NCBI GenBank assembly: GCA_963678885.2
Contig: CAXXFG010000006.1
Coordinates: 539,675-563,674 of the forward strand
Direction: 5' to 3'
Origin: Desulfobacterales bacterium
GTDB taxonomy: Bacteria; Desulfobacterota; Desulfobacteria; Desulfobacterales; JAFDDL01
DNA: 24,000 nt
Shown one piece after another: positions 23,966 to 24,000 of the stretch. The translations under genes were made by a program, and so were the position numbers. Positions within the stretch are counted from its first letter, which is position 1; each line of letters opens with the position of its first letter. Below the pieces are notes generated by a model, which worked only from the letters and a program-made list of their open reading frames with translations, was not told where the DNA came from and ran no database searches.

Positions 23966-24000
23966 ATGATGAAAATTAGTGTTAAAGCGAACTCGTTATT
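23966..24000 (+). CDS. Start of an unidentified downstream gene (partial, 11 codons)
   Basis: ATGATGAAAATTAGTGTTAAAGCGAACTCG... begins 22 nt after the hsdM stop, behind AAAGG. In type I R-M loci this position often holds hsdS or an accessory gene. Too little sequence is present to say which. Confidence 0.3.
   Translation, partial: MMKISVKANSL

Overview
All calls come from reading the sequence and the ORF track and from remembered family motifs. No searches were run. The window has two parts.

(1) Positions 1-6750 are GC-rich core metabolic DNA:
- A minus-strand set holds a NuoF-like flavoprotein (runs off the left edge and is missing from the ORF track), an FAD-dependent fumarate-reductase-like oxidoreductase and a 3-hydroxyacyl-CoA-dehydrogenase-family enzyme.
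- A divergent plus-strand pair holds an AtoE-type short-chain fatty acid transporter and a BKACE/DUF849 beta-keto acid cleavage enzyme.

(2) Positions 6750-24000 are a compositionally patchy mobile and defence island:
- two tandem tyrosine recombinases;
- an IS21-family element (istA/istB plus one or two extra upstream ORFs, with a 13-mer repeated every 69 bp);
- an ISL3-family IS with a perfect 8-bp target duplication;
- about 0.8 kb of ORF-free, hairpin-dense DNA;
- a small serine recombinase, a tiny membrane protein and another ORF-free repeat and palindrome region;
- a small ORF coupled to an intact AlbA_2/HATPase_c_4 (RecG-like) protein, followed by two decayed paralogue fragments;
- an orphan DarG-type macrodomain gene;
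- an XRE-type HTH gene and a type I R-M methyltransferase (hsdM).

One paralogue fragment is split by a 494-bp non-coding element with a 6-bp direct repeat. A shorter relative of that element lies at the island boundary next to the integrase. I found no CRISPR array, rRNA or convincing tRNA. The best candidates for something undescribed are the structured non-coding segments around the serine recombinase, the non-coding element family, the small-ORF/AlbA_2 pair and the toxin-less DarG-like macrodomain beside the R-M system. All of them need computational checks.
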